Below are positions 16,001 through 28,000 of a stretch of DNA of 64,000 nt, piece by piece. The stretch lies in the NCBI RefSeq assembly GCF_964355755.1, contig NC_092679.1:14801432-14865431 (forward strand). Direction: 5' to 3'. Numbering within the stretch: the stretch's first letter is position 1; each line of letters starts with the position of its first letter. The position numbers and the translations under genes are program-made. Origin of the DNA: Antedon mediterranea (Eukaryota; Animalia; Echinodermata). The notes under the pieces are model-generated. The model had not been told where the DNA came from and did not search any database. It saw only the letters and a list, made by a program, of their open reading frames with translations.

Positions 16001-19000
16001 CCAGAACACATGGGTAACCGTAGCAAAACACAAGGGGTAAAGGTTTAGGCCCTCCAACACTGGGTTGCATAAGGCTGCTTACGCTCTGGGTGTTTTAGTG
16101 CACATCAGTAAGCAAAAAAGACTTCCATCATAACTACGGTACCTGATAATCTTTATATTCTTTATTTTTCTTCACAAGTTCTGCTTCTTTTTGTTGTGCT
16201 TCCTTCTCTAATGTATTCAGTCTCTCTTTCAGATCACTTAATGCTTGAGTGATCAGGTTGCGATCCCGTACATCAGCTTCGGCAACTATCACCTCGCACG
16301 CTTCATTCATCACCTTCAGTTGTTCTTGGAATAATTGAAGTTCATTTTGGATTGTCTTAAAGAGAAAAAAAAAACAAGAATTCATGTTATTGATTTTATA
16401 ATAAATAACTGATACAAAAAAATATGTAAACAAATTTGTATTATGGAAGCAGATTTTACATCTAGGCATTATATTTTGCAGGAAACAACCAGGTAAATTG
16501 TAAAGTATGTTCGGATGCTTAAACTTGATTGACTTAAAAAAAAACAAGAATTCATGTTATGATTTTATAATAAATAACTGATAAAAAAAAAATGTTAACA
16601 AATTTGTATTATGGAAGCAGATTTTACATCTAGGCATTATATTTTGTAGGAAACAAGCAGGTAAATTGTAAAGTATGACAGGATGCTTAAACTTGATTTG
16701 AGTTTGACCTAACTCACCGAATTTTCATCCAACTGCGTTTGTGCGTCCTTGCCTTGGTCCGATTTGAATAACTTAACCTGAACACTGTCCAGCCATTTGG
16801 AAACCGTCTCAAGCGCTTCTTGATAATGACCCTGGAACTCAAATGCCTGCTCTAATTGTGTCTGTTTATCATCAACCTTTAAACACCAAAAAACCCGTTA
16901 TTATTGTATATTATTTTATTGTAAACATTATGATTTAAGTCGAGTCGAGTGGCCAAGCGGTTGGGGCAGGGGCGCCGCAAACCATAGCTAGACATTCGGC
17001 ACAGGTTCAAGGCACTCCTCGACCATTGTTCTAGTGGTAGAAGAAATTGAATAATGATTTAAAATTGGAGGTCCAGTGTACACATCTGGCATGTGTGCAC
17101 TCAGCACAAAGTGAATCTTAGGTTGTGTCGTCCTGTGCGCTGTTCAGCCCAGTAGGCTGCAAGTCGCAGGTTATTCCCCCATTTACAAGGTACATCTTTT
17201 TATTCGTTTATTAATGTATCTATCATTCTTCATCACTGTTTTTTAAAAATAAAATTAGATGCTTCCAAAAACATGACAGATTTGTTGGTACAAACAATTA
17301 ATGCAGACATTCAAATGGCTGTTACATTGATAAATCAGATGCAGTTATACCTTTCCACAAACAGATAAAAAAGATTTGATTAATATCCCATAATGATATC
17401 ACCTGTGTGAATAAAACTGTTCAATATTCTCTTACTTTGATGTACCTGGTGATTAATACCTTATTATCACAAGATAATAATTCAGCTATTATCATCAATA
17501 GTACAATAATGTATGCTAAAATATGAGCTCAGACAATTTGGCAACAGGTACTTTGATTAATATTGATTAATAGTGATGAGGTGTTTATTTTAATTCAAGT
17601 TTGTTATTACTTAAATCCAAAGTCACCATCATAATTACATAATGGCTGTAAAGACAATAGCTTTAATACAGACATCAATATGATTTATTTTGAAACAATT
17701 CCCGACATATATTTGTATTAAAATCAAATGTATTTTTTTATATTGTTTGACCATTTAAAATTACAAAAAAAGTTTCTTCTACAAAAAAAATGCCAGGTAT
17801 AATTTTTATTTTGTAATATTTGAATACTGTAAAACAACTTTTTAAATATTTTAATATCATAATATCAGAGTTTTATATATTTTTAATCTATTCTTAAGTA
17901 CTGGGGTTTTCTGCTGTTAACTGTGAGTAAACATATTTTTTATTTTATGTGGCAAAAGATTACCAATAGCAAATAACCCAATATCCTGTCAGAAAGGTGG
18001 TAACGCCCCTGATACAGGGAGCTATTTTGGGAACCACAACCCCTGGGTAAGCTCCTACTTGTCTCGAATGATAAACTGGGTTCTATAAAGTATACTGGTT
18101 TATAATCTTTTTCGAGAAGACTAACACCAGAACTAGGAGTGAGTCAGCCTCAAACCCATACCCATGCCGATATTGTTGGCTCTTAAACGGTACTCCTGCC
18201 TCAACCGCTCATTTATATATATTCTTTAAAACCTGACTGTCACTACATATACTGAGTTTCAGGTTTTTACGAGTAAAGCAGACTTGAATGTGTACTTACT
18301 TGCATTTGTAGTTTTTCCCAGCACTGATTTAAGTGTCCTAATGAAGCCTTGAGTTCCTCTGTAGATGTCACGTCTTCTTGATCATACGTCACTGATCTCC
18401 TAGACTGTCGATAAGAGGGTATAGAGTCCTGCAATCAAGTGCAATACAAAACGATTACGATAATAATAATAATGTATGAGAATAAAATAAAACACTTTTC
18501 AATAGCTTAGCAGTAGAGAAATTTAAATGTCAGTGTAAAAAATAAAACCACCTGCTATTGATTTAGCTTGAATTTTGTGATTTGTTTACTGTTAATAATA
18601 ACTGGCTTTCAACAGTACAGTACATCTGACAGCTTTAGTTATTTGACTACATGTTTATATTCTTGTTTGTTCATTGTTTTTTCCACATGAAATTGTTCAT
18701 ATTAATTTAAATTGGTTAATAATCTCAAATAATTTTAGTAAATAAAAAAACATTATCCCTGAAAGTCATTAATGTGGAATACAAAGACTGCAAACTTGAA
18801 GCAAAGTCTATTCAACTCGCATCAACTCGGCACAACATTTAAAACAAACAGATATTTTGGAATGCAATAATTATGAACTTTTTAGCTTCTATACTTTATT
18901 AGGATCAAGTTAATTTGGGCCGAGTTAATTTGGGGCCGAGTTGACTAGCGGCCAAGTTGACATGAGGCTGGGCTGACTAGGATAAAGTTGACACGTGCAG

Positions 19001-22000
19001 TGTTGACACATGACTGAGTTGGTTTCCCTTTAAGTGTGTCACAACTAAATGACGAGACAACCGTCATAAGGAATTTTCCCACAAAAAATTGATTGCAAAT
19101 TGTTTTTACAGTAAAGGTTTTATTTATTAGTGTGCACATTTTATTGAAGAATTTAGTCTGCACTTACACATGGTGATAAAATGGCACGCCTACCAACGAA
19201 TCGTAACAAACACGATAGATATATATCAGCACATGTGACAGAATCCACGCAAACTGTTTATCTTAACAATTGACTCAGCCAGTGGTCTTGTGTGCATCAA
19301 CTCTTTTAAATGTAATTAAGTAATGTGCTATTGAAGGTGTTTAATAAGTGTACAAACGTTCTTTTCATAAGAACCAAGAGCACTTAAACTAATTAAGGAA
19401 CCAGCAAACCTTAGTAATTACAAAATGATGATATACTATCAAAGGGAATTTATTGGTAATACAATTTATATTGAAGGAAACGTGTAAGGCTGGAGTGGCT
19501 TACGCAAGACGTAAGGTAATCCATGGATTAAAATGTGTGGCATGGTATAAGTTTTATATAAATTTTAACTGTCTGAATTGGTAGGGGGCAATAATATCAT
19601 TGATTTCAATTCAGTGCCATTGTTTGCCTATAGGTCGAATAAAACATCATTTATAATAATGAAATACAAACTTGTTTTACTATGAACCAATCTAGAATTG
19701 AAAGCTGAAGGGATAATGGTATGTGCATGGGTAAATCATTGTAAACCAACATTTCTTTAGGGAACAAAGTCTCTTTGAAACTCAGCAATATAATATGATT
19801 TTAATAATACCAGAATAAAGTTCATATCAATAACATACCTAACAACTATTAACTTCCACACTATCTTGGTACAGCTAGAACATACGATATTTAAAAGTAT
19901 TCCATATATTTACTGGTGTATTGTGCCTAATATAAGGTTCTCTACCTCCATTCCTTCACCCCCTTGGATTGAATAAAACGTTTTATTGGATAAACAGAAT
20001 ACCAAAAAAGGACGCGAATAGAACCCATTGTTTTTGTTTTAAGAAGATATATCAATGAGAAAACAATAATTAGAATCACACTATAATTAGTCCTGGTTGA
20101 TTAACCCTATTTCCCAATGTCAGTGATGTGCACGGAACTACGTAACAAAGAACAAATTCTCTGTTGTCAGTCAGTGAACCTTACTAGGCCACTGGTAAGA
20201 CTAAATATAATATTGTTGGGCTTAAGAAATCACCAGAATTTATGTTATCAGTGTACTAGGCCTAAATAACTATTTTCAACCAATCTCCCCATGGCATAAT
20301 GGTATCTTATCTCCGATCATTTAATTTCTTTGATGTAAGAGGAAGATGGCAAATATTTACAGAATCCAATTATAATACGTCAGGGCTGTATAAATATTAA
20401 ACGTTTCTTTGTTAAAAGATGGAACATTTGGACATATGGTGAACAAGTTTATCTATAGCTTTGTGATATCTGGCTTTACAAAATAAACAACATTTTGTTG
20501 CATGACAACCAGAGTTGCAACTACAACAACCAGATTAGCAACTACAACAGTCTGAGTTACAAGAACAACATAGTTGCAAGTGCAACAGGCTGAGTTGCAA
20601 CTACAAAACTTTAAGTTACATGTTAACCAACAACGTACTGAAATACTTGAATATACGCAATTTAATATTTGAAAATCACTCGAATTAAGCATGCATCACT
20701 GCAACAATTTTATAGTAAATTGCCAAATGTTATAATTCTGTGTGAAATGGTAAAAACAGCATCTAAATATCTCTTTCCGCTAGAACACCTTTTTGTGGTA
20801 ATATTACAATCGCAGTATTTAAGCAGTTTTGCTGTCTCATTCAGTGAACAGTAACAAAAACAAAGCAAGATTAAGTCAGGTTGAATCAACAGCCATGTTG
20901 TTTGTTTGATTGATCTTTCAAGTTAAAAAACACTCACGCATAGAAACCTTTGATGATGGCACTTTGTTTTGTCCTCACCCGTCAAGCCTGTATTCAAACG
21001 AAACTCCCATTTTTTTATAGCCAAACTAGAGATCAGTAGTGAAGGCAGGATGAATATGCCTAACTAGCTTTTGGCTTATGATGAATTTGTGGAAAACATG
21101 AAACCGTTCGTAAAAATCCTGGCTACGGGCTTGCCCATTGCATACTATATAATTTTCACCTGATATAATGAACCAGATTTTTATACAACATAAGTAGTTT
21201 AATCAATAGGGATTTATTTTTCAATGTGAACATGTGTATTGATAAGTGAGTTTTTGTACAAAATGTAAACAACTTTGGCATACGTGACAGAACATATATC
21301 TGACAGTCAACGTGTTATTCAATAATATACTATATGATTAAAGTAATCATGTATGAAAGGATTTATGGAAGATTAACATCTGATTACTTTAATCCTTTGC
21401 TGAATAATATAAGGAAAAAAATATAAACCTGAGGTCTGGTGTATTCCAACGATGTCTTCAATTGTCGTTTCTTATCTCCAAGAAGTGCGCTTATTTCCTC
21501 CCATCGTGCTTTTATCTCATTCACATCCTGGTCACTGCCTCCACTTTCTCCATCATAACTGGTGGCGCTTGTTAGTCGGTGACGTCTTCTTTGACCCTTT
21601 CTGGCGATAGATTTCACAAGAGTTTGATGTGCTGATAACTCCTCTTCAAGTTTCTACAAAAACGACGATAAATATGATTAAAATAAACAAACAAATTAAT
21701 CTAAAACATAGTTAATAGACTATAGCAACACAATTTTTGGGGTCAAAAGAAGTGATTTCTGTGTTAAAGACATAATCATTTTTTACAGTATGAAATAACG
21801 TAAACACAGTTTATACATTATATATTTATACAATACACTCAAATGTTATTGCTGCATCATCGATAATTATACAAATTTTAGACAGGTATTGAATTGTTGA
21901 TTAAATATTAATGAGGGTATGAACAATAATTTGATTTCTGTTGAATGTATGTAGTACTGTAAAATGACAAACTTGTCCATATATGTTGTACAACATCATG

Positions 22001-25000
22001 ATAGCCCAATTGGGATAACAATAATCTTTCTTTTGAGGCAATTCATTATTTATAAAAACGTATCTGTATATTGGATTTACAAAATGATAAGATTCCCATA
22101 GGGAACACTCCCCTTGCTTCTGTTTTACCAAAACAGAAGCGTGTTTTTATTTTACTGAAACTGATGTAAAGATAAATATACTGTAGTTGGATGCTTGGAT
22201 ATTGTGTTAATGGTTTGTTGGAGGTTTGAAAGAGGTAGGGTAGTATTTGAGATGGTAGGTCTTAGGGGAACTTGTCTTTGCATTGTAAACCTATCTCCAA
22301 AATAAGTATACAATACAAAAAAACTACACTTGTATCAATCATATCAATGTACCATCTCGATTCATCCTGACCCATTAAAACCCACGCAAACACTCCATGA
22401 AACAACATTCAGCCTTTTGCTTTAGGGTCAAGTTTAGTATTTGCCAACACAACGAAACAATTGAACCTAACAAACCCAATTGAGATTATCATTACCCCAA
22501 TCTACCTCCGTATATTTAATTAGTTACTCAGGCTGTAAAGAACAAGGACAATAGTGATAAAAAGTAATTACTGTATATCTAAACTTCAAGTTGACCAAAA
22601 ACAGTAAGACTATTGTGTTTTTTCAGATGTCCAGGATTATAGGCAAACAAGGTAAGAAGAAGGGTAGAGACAGATAGCTATAAACGTGTTACCAATGATG
22701 TCATGATACTTGACCTTCAGTGACCAAACAAATCTATTTGACCAATTTTGTTATTTATCAGTTTGAACATAGATAAAACAGTTTAACTATCGAATAATTC
22801 TGCTAAATAAAATCTTCAATTATTTTATAAATTTAACGAGTGGCCAAGAAGTAAACTAATGTATAATACATTAACATGCACTTTTAGATTTTCATGTTGA
22901 CTTTGACATGATTACATCAGTTTAGTTCGTCTTCTTCGTTCACTAGCTGCCTTGAGGGTTAGGTGACTATGGATTTGATGTACACCAAAAAATCTCGCGC
23001 AGTTCTTTCTTATCTATTTTCCGCTGTCTGGGCACTGAGTGAAATCTAAAACGAGAGCAGTCAACTTGTTGGGAACGCATTACATGTCCTGTGTCCACGT
23101 TCACCCTGATATCGGATCATGAACTCCCCAAACATTTTGATAGTTTGATAGTAGACCATACTTCTTGTAGTAGAACAAGTCTTCTCGGTTAAAGAAATAA
23201 AACGGAGGTCCAGTTACACATTATCTGGCTTCTATTGGAAGTACTGTAGCAGTTTACCATCTCAGCTCCGTCCAAGTGGTCGCCGAGTGGCAGAAGGAGT
23301 GGCAGATACATTACAACAACATTTTTTAGATGCAAAGAACTTCATAGTCATTGATTGACATTTCAAATATTGAATAATAGTCTTTGTATTGCTCTAGTAA
23401 ACAATTACACTACACCATAGGGAAACATAGCAGTATATACTATTTACTTGATGGGTAAATAGTACACTATTTTCTCCATGAGTAGTTATTACCAAATCCA
23501 CTTCAATAAGCTGCATATTATTAGAATTAAGAAAGTGGAAAAATCAATAATCATAACCTTAATTCTTTTATGTAAGTGCCTGCCTTATGACACGAAATTA
23601 GATATAAATGATTGCCGAAAAACCCAAGCAGGTCAATAATGGCTAAGCTAATGGCAGATTATTTTCTCGGCTAATGGTTAAAAACTTCCATCCTGAGCTA
23701 CTATTATGAAGAAAAAACTTAATAAAAGCTAAAAATCTGATCGGAAACAAACATTTTAGTTTTAGTTAATGGAGTTAGTATTTATAATGAATTAACTATA
23801 GTGATAACTGTTAAAAAATATAGTAAACTACAAATCTGTCCACAGCACTGGTGTAAACCTTTAAAGGGCACACAAGCTGGATGTGGACCTCCAGTAAATC
23901 ATTATTCTACTGCTAAAATTATGATGAAGGAGAGGCTTGAACCTGTGCTATTCTATGGCTATGGTTTGCGGCGTCCTATTGAAGATGGTAGTGTGTGATA
24001 ATAACAAAAATGCACCAAGATGACTAATGCTGTTTCAACACGTTATCATTTACTGCACAAATTGAGAACGCCTTTTACATGTTGAATTGTCCAGTTTCTG
24101 CTGCCAAGAAAATGTATTCGCATAGTCATTTTTATGTGTAGACAGATACATACATGCCTATGGCTAAATTTACACAGAGAATGGAAAAAAAAATAATACT
24201 ATGCTGTAATAATAATAATATACAACATAACAACCTCAAGGTATCAATAAAAACAACAATAAATATTGTTTTGAATAAAAAAAAAACAACAGAAATGGAA
24301 ATTAATTAAAAGTACTATAAGAATCATAAGCCGACCTTGATGGTTGCTAGGCAACGTGACTCTATTACACAAACCAGCTCAATAATGTTACAACTGTATA
24401 ATTTACGATAAACCTTGATCAAGTGAAAAGCAATTTAATAAAAGCAAGAACATGTGAGCTGCACATAATTACAATTATTCTCAATTAAATATCTCATTCA
24501 ACAGCTTAATGCACGTTTTGTGACATTTGTTGTCATGAATGAATTCTTCTAAATGTAAAATCTAAAATAAACTGATGTTATACTTATTCTTATATGAACA
24601 ATGATGCTAAACGTTGAAATCAAAGAATAATTGATGTGTGTTGTCACAATAACTCGCCTGGTTGTGGGGACTAGCCCATTGAGTACCAAGGAAAATACAG
24701 TACTGTGGATGGCTTTCCCAGAGTGCAGTCAACTCTCCCAATACCAGACACTCTGAAACCCTGTGAAACTATTTTTCTTGAGCGTCCAAAACTTTTTCCT
24801 CCATTATAACACATTTAGACTTTCCAGACGACCAGACAACTAAACTGACATAGGTCAGCTCAAGATATGTGTTATTGGGAGAGCTGATACTAAGCTAGTC
24901 TTATACTAATTACAGGGTGGATTCAGGATTTTTTAAACAGTGCTAGCACATAATATTACAGTCTGTCAAAAATAGATATCAAAAAGTAGTTGACAATTTC

Positions 25001-28000
25001 ATTTTAGTCTTCAAAAGGGGAGCATACACATGGTAAACCTGAATTTAATCATCAAAATAATTTGTAAAGGTTGTATCATTGCACGTACCTATGCACGTTA
25101 AACAAAACATTACACACAAGAAAAAATCTGTCGTAGACAGAAGAATTTGTGCCATAGTTATCGGCACTGACATGAGGCAGGGGAGAAGAATGTTGTTAAA
25201 AAGATGTCCTCTACAGTCCGCTAAATAAATCTCCACCATTTTATTATTATAGTCACCCATAAAGAGCAAATATATTTTTTTAAAGAATTTCTTTTAAATG
25301 AACAAACAAGATAGGGTGCTACAACTGATTTATTTAAATACTATTGTATAATTTTGATAAATATTATTCTATAAATTTGATAAATATTATTTTACATCAC
25401 ACTATTACATTTCACTCTCACTTTCATTGTATATTCTTTCTTTCACTAGTTGCTAGCATAATATCAATATGGTACAATAGCAGATGTTTTAATATAATTA
25501 TGAATTCAATCAGTTTTTCAATTGATAACGTCAATGTGTGTGTACTGAATATACAATACAGTTATTTTAGGTATATACTGCATAGCGCAGATAGGTGTAA
25601 ATAATGGATGGTTAAAAAATGAATGCACCAAAAGTAGGCTCACAACCATGAAAGATCAATTTTCTCAAAACTGCTTTAGTTTGCCATTGTCATAGCATTC
25701 TTGGAAATAAGTCCAAAGAACACTCAATTTTGTACAAAATCTAGTTGTTTAGGTATTGTTTGTGAGAGTACACTATATTAGTAATAAATACTGTCTTAAG
25801 TAGAAATTTCTTTGAGTTTAATTTGTGCTGTACTAATCCAAAAACAGTTTATTTCAGCAAAGTTAACTTTTGCCTATAGATATAACCATCATTACTGTAC
25901 ACACATGATGAAGAAACTACCGTGTGTATGTATTTGTACTGTATGTAGTATAATTACCATCAGTTTTCCTATATAAGCATGAAAAGGCTAGTCACATACT
26001 ATGATGAATTGATAGCATGAGTTGCATTTTTAATCGGTAAAATTGTGGTTAGCTAGTACATGACATTTTATCGGGCATTGAAAATAAAAGATATTTCATC
26101 AAAAAATTTACTAAGAATTAATATTAAGAAATATTATATTTCTTTTATATACAAATTGAGTAGGCTGTGTTGCACATTTTCTCTGATTGAACTGTACTTG
26201 TCGACGGTCACATTTACGTTACTTTACCTTGTGATTTTTTTTATTCGATTTTTATTTATTTATTTATTTTTCTTGTTTATAAAGTGTTTTCATACAGTAC
26301 TTCTTGAGATGATCCTGACTCAATTTTCATAGTAAAGTCACCTGTGTAGTGTTTTTAATAGTCGCAATAAATGTGTTGAGAGATTACCCAAGTTTTATAT
26401 ACAAAATTAAAGCTATTTTGACTTGAAAACCTAATTGTTAAGCTCACTATCAAATTTTATGTGACAAAACAAGCACGAATGTGCGATACTCGGGGTACAG
26501 CAAAAGAAGCTGTAATGACGTCATAAGACCGGATGTAACGTCACATACACATCAATAACCTTGCTACCAAATACGGCTATAGGGTACCATCTTCGAGACG
26601 TGATATGGCTGCATCCGGTTTGAAATTTAAAAATCCGGCTCTATAGCTTTGAGGACATGTCCCTGTAGTATATTCATGCCAAATACCAGCTCAATACTAC
26701 AATGAATAAGGAAGGAGTAGTACTTTATAAATCGCACTTTTTACTCAATAGTGTCCAGATGGAGGAGGAGCAGAAAATGAGCAAGTTCTAGACTCGGGTA
26801 CCCTGAGTAAAAATGTGATGTAGCTATGAACATGATGATATATCACTACTATATTTGGGTATATCACTACCATATTTGGTCACATCACACTTATTCTGAT
26901 AGTGTAGACAGAGCTTTACAATGTCTATTAACAATCAATACAGCTTCCTGTTTGAGGTTTTCAAATACAAGTTTGAAAGGAAAACAGAAATAGTCATGCG
27001 GTTTGAAGTTGATATTACACTGAATAGACCAATTTAAGACTTGTACAAAAATCATTAATGACACAGTGAACGATTCTAGGGCTTGTCAACAATTTTGTTG
27101 AAAAATATATTTAAAAGAAATAGTCAGGTTTTGCCAGCAAGATCTCCTGGACTAAATTGCTCTAACCAGTATTAAAATGGTGTAAAAAAAATATGTAAGA
27201 ATATTATACTATCAAACAACAGTTGGGGCAATAAAACATGTACTCTTACTATTTAGGAACCCCAACATTTTGCCAATACCCCCTTTTATTTCAAAAAATC
27301 AATGAAAACCTTTTATGATCAGAAGTACCTAAATGAATCATAATGTTTATAACTTGGCTCTTACAAACCACAGTAAACACCTTAGCCACCCATCAAAACT
27401 AAGTATAAAGACGAGCTTACCAAATACAGGAGTGGTCCTACCTACAAACAACAAGATTCCAAGTTTTTATTTTATATCCATGACTTTCTCTCACTGGAAT
27501 TTTGTCAAATACAAAGCTTTTGTGCTTACTTTTTTATTAGCAAATTCTTTCTATTACTGAATATAAGGTATTAATAGTATTTTGAATTAAATATATGCAC
27601 TTGCTTCTTTACAATACTATTAACTGAAGTACAGTAGAAAGAGCTTTAAATCTTTTATTTGTAGTAATTTTCAAGCACTGTGTTGCGAGTGATTAAACAC
27701 ACACTATCGTATTAAAGACCACAACAAAAAATTTTGATCATCATTGGAATTTAAGTTATTATAGAAGTTTTGCTTTTCTTACTAAACAATACTTTTGCTA
27801 ATAATAGGAAACAGTAGATTAACTTGAAAAAGTAAATGACTGAATGCACATCAAAATACACATAATTGTGACAGAAGGATTATTTAAATTTTGAGAAATA
27901 CCACCAAGAGGTCTTGCATCATTGAAAATTGGTTAAATACAAATGTTTTGTATCTCTTCTTTCATTTATCAATAATAGATAGATTTACTTTAGTATAACA

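Noticed and set aside
20453-20692. Val/Cys-rich ORF resembling a membrane peptide
   Set aside because: Arises from a degenerate 21-bp tandem repeat; no suitable splice context.
20938-20987. Possible 50-nt exon with GTGAGT donor
   Set aside because: Not a multiple of 3, immediate TGA in the required frame, poor polypyrimidine tract.
22900-23110. GC-enriched stretch with minus-strand TCAGT initiator-like motif (possible extra TSS)
   Set aside because: Downstream ATGs hit stops within a few codons and I found no convincing donor; unsupported without expression data.
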